Source of the DNA: a virus
Lineage: Duplodnaviria > Caudoviricetes
Length of the DNA stretch: 59,380 nt
Direction: 5' to 3' (one strand)
Virus record (IMG/VR): IMGVR_UViG_3300046010_007017
Coordinates: 1 to 59,380 of that record
Shown: positions 45,740-54,426 of the stretch, piece by piece
Numbering within the stretch: position 1 is the stretch's first letter
Layout: every line of letters begins with the position of its first letter
Made by a program: the position numbers and the translations under genes
Notes under the pieces: model-generated
What the model was told of the DNA's origin: nothing
Databases searched by the model: none
The model's input: the letters and a program-made list of their open reading frames with translations, nothing else

Positions 45740-47773
45740 TTATTTATCAATTTCTACTCCTGTAAAGTTATCAATTGCATCAGCATCTTTACGAGTACCA
45801 ATGATTAATACATTGTAATCTCCATCTACATTTGATACAAAGTTAACATATTCTTGACAACTATCAATAACTCCATATGCTGTTCCAAAGTGTCCTTGTG
45901 GAGTTACAAATATTTGATCATCTTCGTTTAAGAATTTATAGTAATCAGGAAGAGCTAACACTGCTGCACAGTTTACTGTTGTAATTTTATATCTGTAAAT
46001 ATTATCACCTCTTGTAGGACTTTCTACGAATGAGTGTTGTAAATATTTAGTATCTGTTTTAGTTGGGTCTGGGTGGTTAATTCTAAATGTACCTGATGTT
46101 TTAGAGAATCCTTCTACATAGGTTGTATTATTAGCACTTGATGTTAATCCACTACCAATTACAAAAGAGTTAGTGTTCGCTACTGTGTTTCCACATCCTC
46201 CTAATATTCCAGACTGACATCCGCTAACTTGATTTAATCTACCTCCACCTATAAATGAATATTGTCCACTAGCTATGTTTTCACCACCACCACCTATAGA
46301 TGAATATTGTCCACTAGATAAATTGCAAAATCCACCAGCAATTGTTGCGGTAATACCACATGCTACATTCCCACATCCACCACCAATAGCTACTCCATTA
46401 GCTCTAGCTACGTTAAGATACCCACCACTAAGTGTTGAATCGTTACAATTAATAGTATTGCAACGACCACCTCCCATAAAGTTATATTTACCACTAACTG
46501 TATTCTTACATCCACCTCCCATAAAGCTATATCTATTACTAGCTGTATTTGCTCTACCACCACCTACAAATGCATAGTCTCCACTTGCACAATTTGATAC
46601 ACCTCCACCAATAAATGAATAATATCCACTTGCAGTATTAAATTGACCACCAACTACTGCAGAGGCAATTTGAGTTGCATTGTTTTGACGACCACCTACT
46701 ACTACCGCTAAATCATTACAAGAAATATTACTTCTTCCTCCACCTACAAATGAACAAGCTGATAAAGCACTATTACTACAACCACCACCTACGAATGAGA
46801 AAGCTCCATTTGCTATGTTACCACAACCTCCACCTACAAATGAACGACACCCACCAGCTCTGTTACAATACCCACCACTAATTGTTGAATGACTTGCACA
46901 AGCAATGTTAGATTGACCACCACCTACAAATGAATAACAACCACAAGCTAAATTACATCTACCTCCTACAGTAGCTGAATAATCTCCACTAGCTGTGTTA
47001 CATAAACCACCACCTACAAATGAATAACTTCCACTAGATGTATTATCTCTACCACCAACAACAGTTGGGTAGAAAGTATTATTAGCTATATTATCTCTAC
47101 CACCAACTGCAGTTGCACTATTTCCACAAGTAACAAGACCTTGTCCTCCACCTATGAATGAATAATCACCACTAGCTCTGTTAGAAATTCCACCGCCAAC
47201 AAATGAAGAATCACCATTAGCCGCATTACAAAAACCACCAACTACTGTAGCTTGACAGCTACTAGCTGCATTAGAGCTACCACCACCAATAAATGAATTA
47301 TTTCCACTAGCACTGTTGTTACAACCACCTAATGAAGCAGCAAAATTACCATTTGCAAGGCTATTTACACCACATCTTAATGTAGAACTTGTACCAACAC
47401 CATCAACAATAATACCACCACCACCACCACCTGCACTAGCTAGTGCAAACGATGCTGTTAATGCGCTAGATGCAAATGATGCACTTGTTACAAATGATGC
47501 ACTTGTTGCATTAGATGCAAATGATGCACTTGTTACAAATGATGCACTTGTTGCATTAGATGCAAATGATGCCGTTGTTACAAATGATGCTGTTGTTGCA
47601 GTTGTTGCAAAAGATGCACTTGTTGCCGTCGTAGCAAAAGATGCACTAACTGTTAAGTTAGCAATAGCTTGAGCTGTTGTTCTTACTGTAGATCCACCTT
47701 GAACTAAAGGTACCTCTTCGGTACCTGTTAAGGCCGAACCGGAGTTTAATTGACTTATTTTTACGTTTGCCAT
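45740..47773 (-). CDS. Cys/Gly-rich repeat tail fibre or spike protein
   Basis: MANVKISQL N-terminus, SASF repeats, about 27 copies of a 15-aa GGxxNxAxGxxSxVG repeat, C-terminal FRINHP..YLQHSFVESP domain. Confidence 0.7.
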   Translation of the reverse strand: MANVKISQLNSGSALTGTEEVPLVQGGSTVRTTAQAIANLTVSASFATTATSASFATTATTASFVTTASFASNATSASFVTSASFASNATSASFVTSASFASSALTASFALASAGGGGGGIIVDGVGTSSTLRCGVNSLANGNFAASLGGCNNSASGNNSFIGGGSSNAASSCQATVVGGFCNAANGDSSFVGGGISNRASGDYSFIGGGQGLVTCGNSATAVGGRDNIANNTFYPTVVGGRDNTSSGSYSFVGGGLCNTASGDYSATVGGRCNLACGCYSFVGGGQSNIACASHSTISGGYCNRAGGCRSFVGGGCGNIANGAFSFVGGGCSNSALSACSFVGGGRSNISCNDLAVVVGGRQNNATQIASAVVGGQFNTASGYYSFIGGGVSNCASGDYAFVGGGRANTASNRYSFMGGGCKNTVSGKYNFMGGGRCNTINCNDSTLSGGYLNVARANGVAIGGGCGNVACGITATIAGGFCNLSSGQYSSIGGGGENIASGQYSFIGGGRLNQVSGCQSGILGGCGNTVANTNSFVIGSGLTSSANNTTYVEGFSKTSGTFRINHPDPTKTDTKYLQHSFVESPTRGDNIYRYKITTVNCAAVLALPDYYKFLNEDDQIFVTPQGHFGTAYGVIDSCQEYVNFVSNVDGDYNVLIIGTRKDADAIDNFTGVEIDK
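47467..47572. repeat. exact 45-bp tandem repeat (~2.4 copies) inside fibre gene
   Basis: TAGATGCAAATGATGCACTTGTTACAAATGATGCACTTGTTGCAT repeated; encodes SASFASNATSASFVT. Confidence 0.9.
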
Positions 47774-47807
47774 TTATTTTATTGTTTTATTCTGGTATAA
47801 ATATGTT

Positions 47808-48284
47808 TTATTGTTCTAATATGATGAAATCACCATTTTCTGTTATTAAGTTGTTATCATTTTCTGTCATTAAGAAATTATCAGTAGATGATGTACCACC
47901 AACTCGTATCAATACAAAACTTCCGCTTCTATATAATCCACCTAATGGAACACCACCAGCTGCTGCTGCATCATCATTTGCAAAATTCAGTGATTGTGAT
48001 ACCTGTGTTAAAATTATGTATGAGTTAGTTATTGGATTTAAATAAGATGCACTAACTGCATTTGTTGCGAATGATGCGGATGAGACAAATGATGCACTAA
48101 CTGCATTTGTTGCGAATGATGCACTTGTTGCATTTTGTGCTCGAGATGAACTAACAGCAAATGATGCTGATGCTACTGTACTCGAAGCTGTTGCAACTGA
48201 TGAACCATTTACCACTAGCGATCCAGTTACAGCAATTTGGGTGCCGGTAAATGAACTAATGGAATTTACTTTTATACTACTCAT
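47808..48284 (-). CDS. short fibre-associated protein with SASF repeats
   Basis: SASFATNAV repeats; FANDDAAAAGGVPLGGLY; C-terminal LMTENDNNLITENGD. Confidence 0.65.
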   Translation of the reverse strand: MSSIKVNSISSFTGTQIAVTGSLVVNGSSVATASSTVASASFAVSSSRAQNATSASFATNAVSASFVSSASFATNAVSASYLNPITNSYIILTQVSQSLNFANDDAAAAGGVPLGGLYRSGSFVLIRVGGTSSTDNFLMTENDNNLITENGDFIILEQ

Positions 48285-48315
48285 ATTGTTATTGTGCTAT
48301 TACTGGTGATAAATA

Positions 48316-51300
48316 TTAAGGATGTGTTGCTTTGTATTTGTCAAATTCTGCTTTTAGTTCTTCTATTTGTGCTTGTTGTTCTTGGATTGCTTTGACTAAG
48401 ATTGCAAACTCCATACCTACCTTTAAACCTAAAGCATCTTCAAGTCCGCTAATAAGATTACCATCTTCATCATATTTTCTTGTATCATTTTGATAAACAA
48501 ATGAAGGAAATACCTCTTGCATTTCTTGTGCTATAAAACCTATATGCTTTTCATCGTTGCCAATTAAATTAAAGTTTACTACATTTAATTTAAGTATATC
48601 ATCAAGTTTAGGAGTAGCAGTAACTATGTTTTCTTTTAATCTTCTATCGGATGAAAGAGTACCATAAGAACCATTTATATTAAGTACATTACCGTTACCT
48701 AAAATATATAATCTATCTCCCGAATTATTAGGTGCGCAAATTAAAAAATATGAACTTGTATTATTTGAATTTCCTCCTAATCCTAACACCAAATTAATAT
48801 CAGAACCACCACCAGCAAGATTACTAATTTCATTATAAGAACCATTAAAATATGAACCGCCATTTGCTCTTTGCTTTAAATAACCCTCCGATGTAATTCT
48901 CATTCGTTCGGTATTGCTTGTTAAAAATCTAATTTCAGCATTCTCATTTAAGTAAATCATATCATTACCATAAGAACGCAAAGCAAGTGAACCACCGCCA
49001 GGACAAATTATTGAACCAGCCCCACTATTAACAGAATTATTTAATGTTAAAGCATTTCCACTTGATATACTTACACTACTTGAGAATGTAGCAGCACCAG
49101 TTCCAAATAATGTTAATGCGTTTATAGGCGTTCCATTTGTTCTTACTCTAAAATATATATTAGAATTAGCATTATCGTATAAGTTATCAATATAAGCATA
49201 TCCAGTGTTATCATCATAAGCCAAAGAAAGTCTATAGGTAGTTGTTTGACCTATTAATATTTGACCACTTGCTAAAGCTGGAGTTCCTATACTTGAGCCG
49301 CCTCTTACAACTAAACCTGCGGTTGAACTTGATATACTTAGCATTGTATTTGTTCCTGTGCTTGTAATCCCTGCTGCCGTTACAGTACTTGAGAATGTAG
49401 CAGCACCAGTAGATGTCATGGTAAGAAGGTCTAAAACACCAGTATTTTGTATTCTAAATGTACCATCATCAGCAGAAACTAATCTATAACTTTTACCACT
49501 TGCTGATGTGTTGTTTGCGATAAAACTTGCAGCAGATGATTTTGTAATAGTTATATCACCGCCAGTACCTATTGTACTTAAAAACGTAGCAGCACCAGCA
49601 GTAGATAAAATAAATTCATCATTACCAGAACCATTATAATTCATTCTAAATGTATTATCACTGCTAAAATGATATAATAACCATTTATTAGTATTTGTAC
49701 CTGATTCTAGATTTATAACACCACCAAATGCAGATGTTTTTACAGTTAATTCTCCATTTATAAGTCCAATATTTCCACTAAACGTAGCACTAGATCCAGT
49801 TAAAGCACCAGTAAGTATAGTACTACCAGTCACTTGTAAATTCCCAGGAATTCTTACAGTAGTTCCGTCGTCTATAATTTGAGATGATGTAATATGGTCT
49901 CCACCTTGCCCCTTCATCACAAAATTATTCAAAGTACCTTGTTCACTACCTAGAGCAGATGATCTTGGACCCGACATAATCATACCACCGCTATAAGATG
50001 ATCCTGAAGGGTTTGAATATACCCAGTGATCTCTTTCACTATCCCATAGCATTGATCCTGTCAATCCTGTAGATCCAGAATCATAAACACTTAGTCCACC
50101 AAAACGAATAGATGGAGTATCTGTGTTTACTGATATGATGTTTGTGCTAATATTTAATTGGGAAGATGTAATATAATTGATACTTTGTGTTCCAAAAACT
50201 GTTAAATTATTGACAAATATAGTACCTGATACATAAGCATCTTTTGTTATTCTTACACCTCCATCTGTGTATATTGAAGCAGATGCTCCAAATCCATTTG
50301 GGTTACTAGTATCTGTATTGTATTGAATTCCAGTGAAAATATTTGATCCTGTTATTGCAAACTCAGTACTATCTTTTCCGTCTAATAAGTTTGAATTAGC
50401 AGCATTTGACGCAAATGAAGAACTAATTGCATTTTGTGCTTGAGAAGCGGATGTTGCAGTTAAAGCAAAAGATGAACTTACAGCATTTTGTGCTTGAGAA
50501 GCAGATACTGCATTTGTAGCAGTACCACTAAATGAACCTGTAAACCCATCAACTGCAATTACAGAACCACTAAATACAGCAGGACCTATATTTGTAAATG
50601 TTCCACTACCTGATACTGTTAAAGAACCAGTAATAAGCATTGTAGAACCATTAATAGTAAAATTAGGAGATCCTGTTATTGAATTTTGTGTTGTATAATA
50701 TGGTATTTGGTTTATACTACCTCCTCCTCCAATACCACTAAATGAACCTACTTGATATGAATACACCATTACATCTAAAATATCTCCTGCATTTGATGCA
50801 GTAGCTAATGTAATTGATGTTCCATTATTTGCAGTATAGTCTACGGACGTTAATCTAGAACCATTATAGTAAATGTCTAGTAATCCAGGAGTATAATCTA
50901 TGTTAAATATAGATTGGCTTGATGCTGCTGTAAATGTTGTTAATGCTCTTAAAGCATTATTTGTAACGCCTAATGCAGGAAGATATTTTTGGAATTCAAC
51001 AACATCATTTAACATTGATCCTGTTATAAATGTAATTGAAGTACCATTTGTATCTACATACTCACTATCATTTAATTTAGTACCGTTTACAAAAACGTTT
51101 ACTAAACCTGTTGTATAACCGTTTGTTATATTGAATACAGTTTGTCCAGCTGATGCTGTAACTGTTTGTGTCGAGAGAATTGATGCGGACGCTTGTTGTG
51201 CTGTAATGTTTCCATCACTATCTGTTACTACGTAACGTACACCACTACCTGTTAAGTTAGTGATTTGTAAACTACCTGTAATTACAGCTGAACCACTAAA

Positions 51301-52011
51301 TGGGAATCCAGCACCGCCTCCTGCATTTTCAGCATATGATGCTGTGAAAGCAAATGATGAACTCACTGCATTTTGTGCTTGTGAGGCACTAATAGCGAAT
51401 GATGCTGTTTGAGGTACATTTGCGGCAAATGATGCTGTTAATGCGTATGATGAACTTATAGCATTGTTTGCATTTGTTGCTTGAGATGAACTTAATGCAT
51501 ATGATGAACTTGTAGCAGTAGAAGCAAATGATGAGCTTACTGCATTTTGTGCTTGTGAGGCACTTACTGCATTTGCTGCTTGAGAAGCACTTATAGCAAA
51601 TGAAGCTGTAGCTACAGACATACTAGATGTCTGATTTGTTAATATTACATTAGAATTATTAACTGCTAAGGAACCAGTTACTGTAACGCTTCCAGTTAAT
51701 ACTTGAGTATTAGCTAAACTGTTTCCGAATATATTTGAACCGCTAGAATAAATTATACTAGAGGTAATTGTTTGAACAACTAATGTTTGTGCTGTTAATG
51801 TACCTGCTACGGTAAAATTATTTGCAAATGATGATGTCAATGCAAATGATGAACTTGTAGCGTTTTGTGCTTGTGATGCACTAGTTGCAAACGATGCTGA
51901 TGTTACGGATCCTGAAATTGAAATACCGCCTGTTGCGGTAATGCTTCCTGTTACGATAAGATCACCGAGACTATTAATCCCGTGTCTTGCGACGAATTTT
52001 GTACTACTCAT
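48316..52011 (-). CDS. tail fibre protein A with C-terminal intramolecular chaperone (peptidase S74)
   Basis: SASF repeats, two GQTVF/VFVNG-type beta repeats, shared fibre module, SSDRRLKENI..HIGFIAQE..LVKAIQEQQ. Confidence 0.85.
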   Translation of the reverse strand: MSSTKFVARHGINSLGDLIVTGSITATGGISISGSVTSASFATSASQAQNATSSSFALTSSFANNFTVAGTLTAQTLVVQTITSSIIYSSGSNIFGNSLANTQVLTGSVTVTGSLAVNNSNVILTNQTSSMSVATASFAISASQAANAVSASQAQNAVSSSFASTATSSSYALSSSQATNANNAISSSYALTASFAANVPQTASFAISASQAQNAVSSSFAFTASYAENAGGGAGFPFSGSAVITGSLQITNLTGSGVRYVVTDSDGNITAQQASASILSTQTVTASAGQTVFNITNGYTTGLVNVFVNGTKLNDSEYVDTNGTSITFITGSMLNDVVEFQKYLPALGVTNNALRALTTFTAASSQSIFNIDYTPGLLDIYYNGSRLTSVDYTANNGTSITLATASNAGDILDVMVYSYQVGSFSGIGGGGSINQIPYYTTQNSITGSPNFTINGSTMLITGSLTVSGSGTFTNIGPAVFSGSVIAVDGFTGSFSGTATNAVSASQAQNAVSSSFALTATSASQAQNAISSSFASNAANSNLLDGKDSTEFAITGSNIFTGIQYNTDTSNPNGFGASASIYTDGGVRITKDAYVSGTIFVNNLTVFGTQSINYITSSQLNISTNIISVNTDTPSIRFGGLSVYDSGSTGLTGSMLWDSERDHWVYSNPSGSSYSGGMIMSGPRSSALGSEQGTLNNFVMKGQGGDHITSSQIIDDGTTVRIPGNLQVTGSTILTGALTGSSATFSGNIGLINGELTVKTSAFGGVINLESGTNTNKWLLYHFSSDNTFRMNYNGSGNDEFILSTAGAATFLSTIGTGGDITITKSSAASFIANNTSASGKSYRLVSADDGTFRIQNTGVLDLLTMTSTGAATFSSTVTAAGITSTGTNTMLSISSSTAGLVVRGGSSIGTPALASGQILIGQTTTYRLSLAYDDNTGYAYIDNLYDNANSNIYFRVRTNGTPINALTLFGTGAATFSSSVSISSGNALTLNNSVNSGAGSIICPGGGSLALRSYGNDMIYLNENAEIRFLTSNTERMRITSEGYLKQRANGGSYFNGSYNEISNLAGGGSDINLVLGLGGNSNNTSSYFLICAPNNSGDRLYILGNGNVLNINGSYGTLSSDRRLKENIVTATPKLDDILKLNVVNFNLIGNDEKHIGFIAQEMQEVFPSFVYQNDTRKYDEDGNLISGLEDALGLKVGMEFAILVKAIQEQQAQIEELKAEFDKYKATHP

Positions 52012-52018
52012 ATTTTAT

Positions 52019-52042
52019 ACCTTAGTTCACTGTCCCTAAGGT
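52019..52042 (-). promoter_or_regulatory. 5' UTR hairpin of fibre A
   Basis: ACCTTAG-GGACAGTGAA-CTAAGGT between the late motif (52053-52060) and the ATG (52011). Confidence 0.55.
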
Positions 52043-52072
52043 GTGGGTTTGGTATAAATATTGAGAAAGCCG

Positions 52073-52252
52073 TTAGCTTAGTTGTGCAACACGGTACTTA
52101 CGTCCAGTAGTATCTGCGGCTTGTAATTCGTCTGCTTTGGCTTGTGCTTCAGCTTCGTTATCGTATTGATAAATTGGATCGCTTGGTGTTAGATGTGCAA
52201 CCCATATTTGATCATTACCAGGTATGAATTGCATTTGTACTTCGTAAACCAT
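52073..52252 (-). CDS. 59-aa protein downstream of fibre B
   Basis: Not in ORF track. MVYEVQMQFIPGNDQIWVAHLTPSDPIYQYDNEAEAQAKADELQAADTTGRKYRVAQLS*; A-rich leader. Confidence 0.75.
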   Translation of the reverse strand: MVYEVQMQFIPGNDQIWVAHLTPSDPIYQYDNEAEAQAKADELQAADTTGRKYRVAQLS

Positions 52253-52292
52253 GTTATTTATTTTTTAATTCGTCGATTTTTTGTATTAATTA

Positions 52293-54401
52293 TTATGCAG
52301 CTCTTGATCCTTGTATTCTTACTTGAGTATAATAATCTGCTGCACCTCCGGTGATAAAAACTTGTATTTCATTTCCACTTTTTCTAAAACTTGCATCTGC
52401 ATTTTGGCTATTATTAAATAAAGTGTAAACAACACCCAATGTAGCACTACCTGCATTATATGCCCACCTCATATATGCTGCTCCTGATCTATTAAAATCA
52501 GCTGCGCTTACCCAAGTAAATTCTGTTATTGCATTCCATTGGTCATTAGAAGGAGCATAAAATACAGTATACCAAGTATTTACTGGTATTTGAAATGATG
52601 AAAAGAAATGACCACCTGCTGTTGTAGTATTATCAACAACTCCAACTTCTAATCTACCTTGTGGAGAGGTATTTTGAATACCTGTTCTTCCTGCACTTGT
52701 TATTACGAATGGGGTTGTAAATGTAACAGTAGCATTAGCAGTTCCACTTGGAGCTATATTAAATTGAAGCCCGCTATTACCTCCAATGTTTAATTGAGCC
52801 GCACCATTGCTTGATACAGTATACAAGTATGCAGAACCATTATAGTAATTATTTGCTCCTACTTTAATATCGGGGCCATTTGTTTGAAACCCAATATGTT
52901 GACCGAAAGTACCACCTTGTATTACAGCAAAAGGACTTGCCCAAGGACTAGGGGTAACACCGATTCCAATGTTGCCTCCTAATGGTTGTAATAATAAATT
53001 ATAAACAGCAGTATTACCATCTGTTCTTTGACTTTGTAAATACGTATTTCCATTTGTTAAAACATCTCCTACCAACCCATAAACACCGCCATTCATTAAT
53101 TGAAATTTTGCAGTTGATGTTCCTAATGCAGCAGGTGAACCTGAATTATTACTTCCGTAAACTACAAGACCACTAACTACTGTATTTTTTCCGTTTACTG
53201 TTACGTCATTTACAAATGTAGCAGCGCCCGTACCTCCATTAATTATTAAATCACCTCCTCTAGCTGAGTTATTAGCTATTATATAAAGATTACTGTCTTG
53301 TCCTGCACCAAAATATGAACTAACTGAACCTCCAGCATTTACTTGCTGTCTTACTCTTAAATAAGAACGATTGTCTGTTGTAAAATCATTATTATAAATT
53401 TGAGCAATAGTATTAAAGCTTCCCGCTGATCCTGTTAGTAGGTCCAATAGAAAAGAAGGAGAAGTACCTATTCCAACATTACCACTAAACGTAGCACTTG
53501 ATCCAGTTAAAGCACTTGTAACTACCATACTCCCAGTCACTTGTAAATTACCAGGTATTCTAACTGTAGTTCCATCATCAATAATCTGCGAGCTAGTAAT
53601 GTGATCACCTCCTTGGCCTTTCATCACATAGTTGTTCAAAGTTCCTTGTTCACTACCCAATGCCGCTGATCTAGGGCCGGACATAATCATACCTCCACTA
53701 TAAGATGATCCTGATGGATTAGAGTAAACCCAGTGGTCTCTTTCACTATCCCACAATATCGAACCCGTTAAACCTGTAGAACCTGAGTCATAAACACTCA
53801 ACCCACCAAATCTGATTGAAGGAGTATCAGTATTCACTGATATAATGTTTGTACTGATATTCAGTTGAGAGGAAGTAATGTAATTGATACTTTGCGTTCC
53901 AAATACAGTCAAGTTATTTACAAACATAGTACCTGATACATAAGCATCCTTAGTTACTCGTAAACCACCGTCAGTATATATTGAAGCAGATGCTCCAAAT
54001 CCATTTGGATTTATTGTACTAGTAACATACTGTGTTCCTGTAAAAATGTTTGAACCAGTTATAGCAAATTCAGTACTGTCTTTGCTGTCTAATAAGTTTG
54101 CGTTAGCAGCAAATGAAGAACTTACTGCGTTTTGTGCTTGAGAAGCAGATGTTGCGTTAGCAGCATTTGATGCAAATGAAGCTGATGTTGCTACTGATGC
54201 AAATGAAGCACTAGTTGCTGCTTGAGCATATGATGCTGATATAGCGTTTGCGGCATCAGAACCAGAAATAACACCGGTTGTTGTAATAGCGCCTGAGGAG
54301 CTAATAGCCATTAGTACAGTAGAGCCGCTAACGAATGTTATGCCGCTGTTGTTGTATTGTATTATATTAGTTAATCCGGATGCTGATTGGTTCTTACCCA
54401 T
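52293..54401 (-). CDS. tail fibre protein B (no S74 chaperone)
   Basis: Shared fibre module, GNVGIGT repeats, distinct beta-rich C-terminal domain. Confidence 0.8.
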   Translation of the reverse strand: MGKNQSASGLTNIIQYNNSGITFVSGSTVLMAISSSGAITTTGVISGSDAANAISASYAQAATSASFASVATSASFASNAANATSASQAQNAVSSSFAANANLLDSKDSTEFAITGSNIFTGTQYVTSTINPNGFGASASIYTDGGLRVTKDAYVSGTMFVNNLTVFGTQSINYITSSQLNISTNIISVNTDTPSIRFGGLSVYDSGSTGLTGSILWDSERDHWVYSNPSGSSYSGGMIMSGPRSAALGSEQGTLNNYVMKGQGGDHITSSQIIDDGTTVRIPGNLQVTGSMVVTSALTGSSATFSGNVGIGTSPSFLLDLLTGSAGSFNTIAQIYNNDFTTDNRSYLRVRQQVNAGGSVSSYFGAGQDSNLYIIANNSARGGDLIINGGTGAATFVNDVTVNGKNTVVSGLVVYGSNNSGSPAALGTSTAKFQLMNGGVYGLVGDVLTNGNTYLQSQRTDGNTAVYNLLLQPLGGNIGIGVTPSPWASPFAVIQGGTFGQHIGFQTNGPDIKVGANNYYNGSAYLYTVSSNGAAQLNIGGNSGLQFNIAPSGTANATVTFTTPFVITSAGRTGIQNTSPQGRLEVGVVDNTTTAGGHFFSSFQIPVNTWYTVFYAPSNDQWNAITEFTWVSAADFNRSGAAYMRWAYNAGSATLGVVYTLFNNSQNADASFRKSGNEIQVFITGGAADYYTQVRIQGSRAA

Positions 54402-54426
54402 GTGTTATGTTTTATATAAATATTTT

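Noticed and set aside
47460-48130. Short DNA repeats resembling a CRISPR array
   Set aside because: Repeats are in-frame multiples of 3 encoding SASF peptide repeats, with no unique spacers and no cas genes.
8993-54422. Plus-strand T4-type late promoters (TATAAATA) driving rightward transcription
   Set aside because: No credible plus-strand genes follow them; their position just upstream of minus-strand starts fits the reverse orientation.
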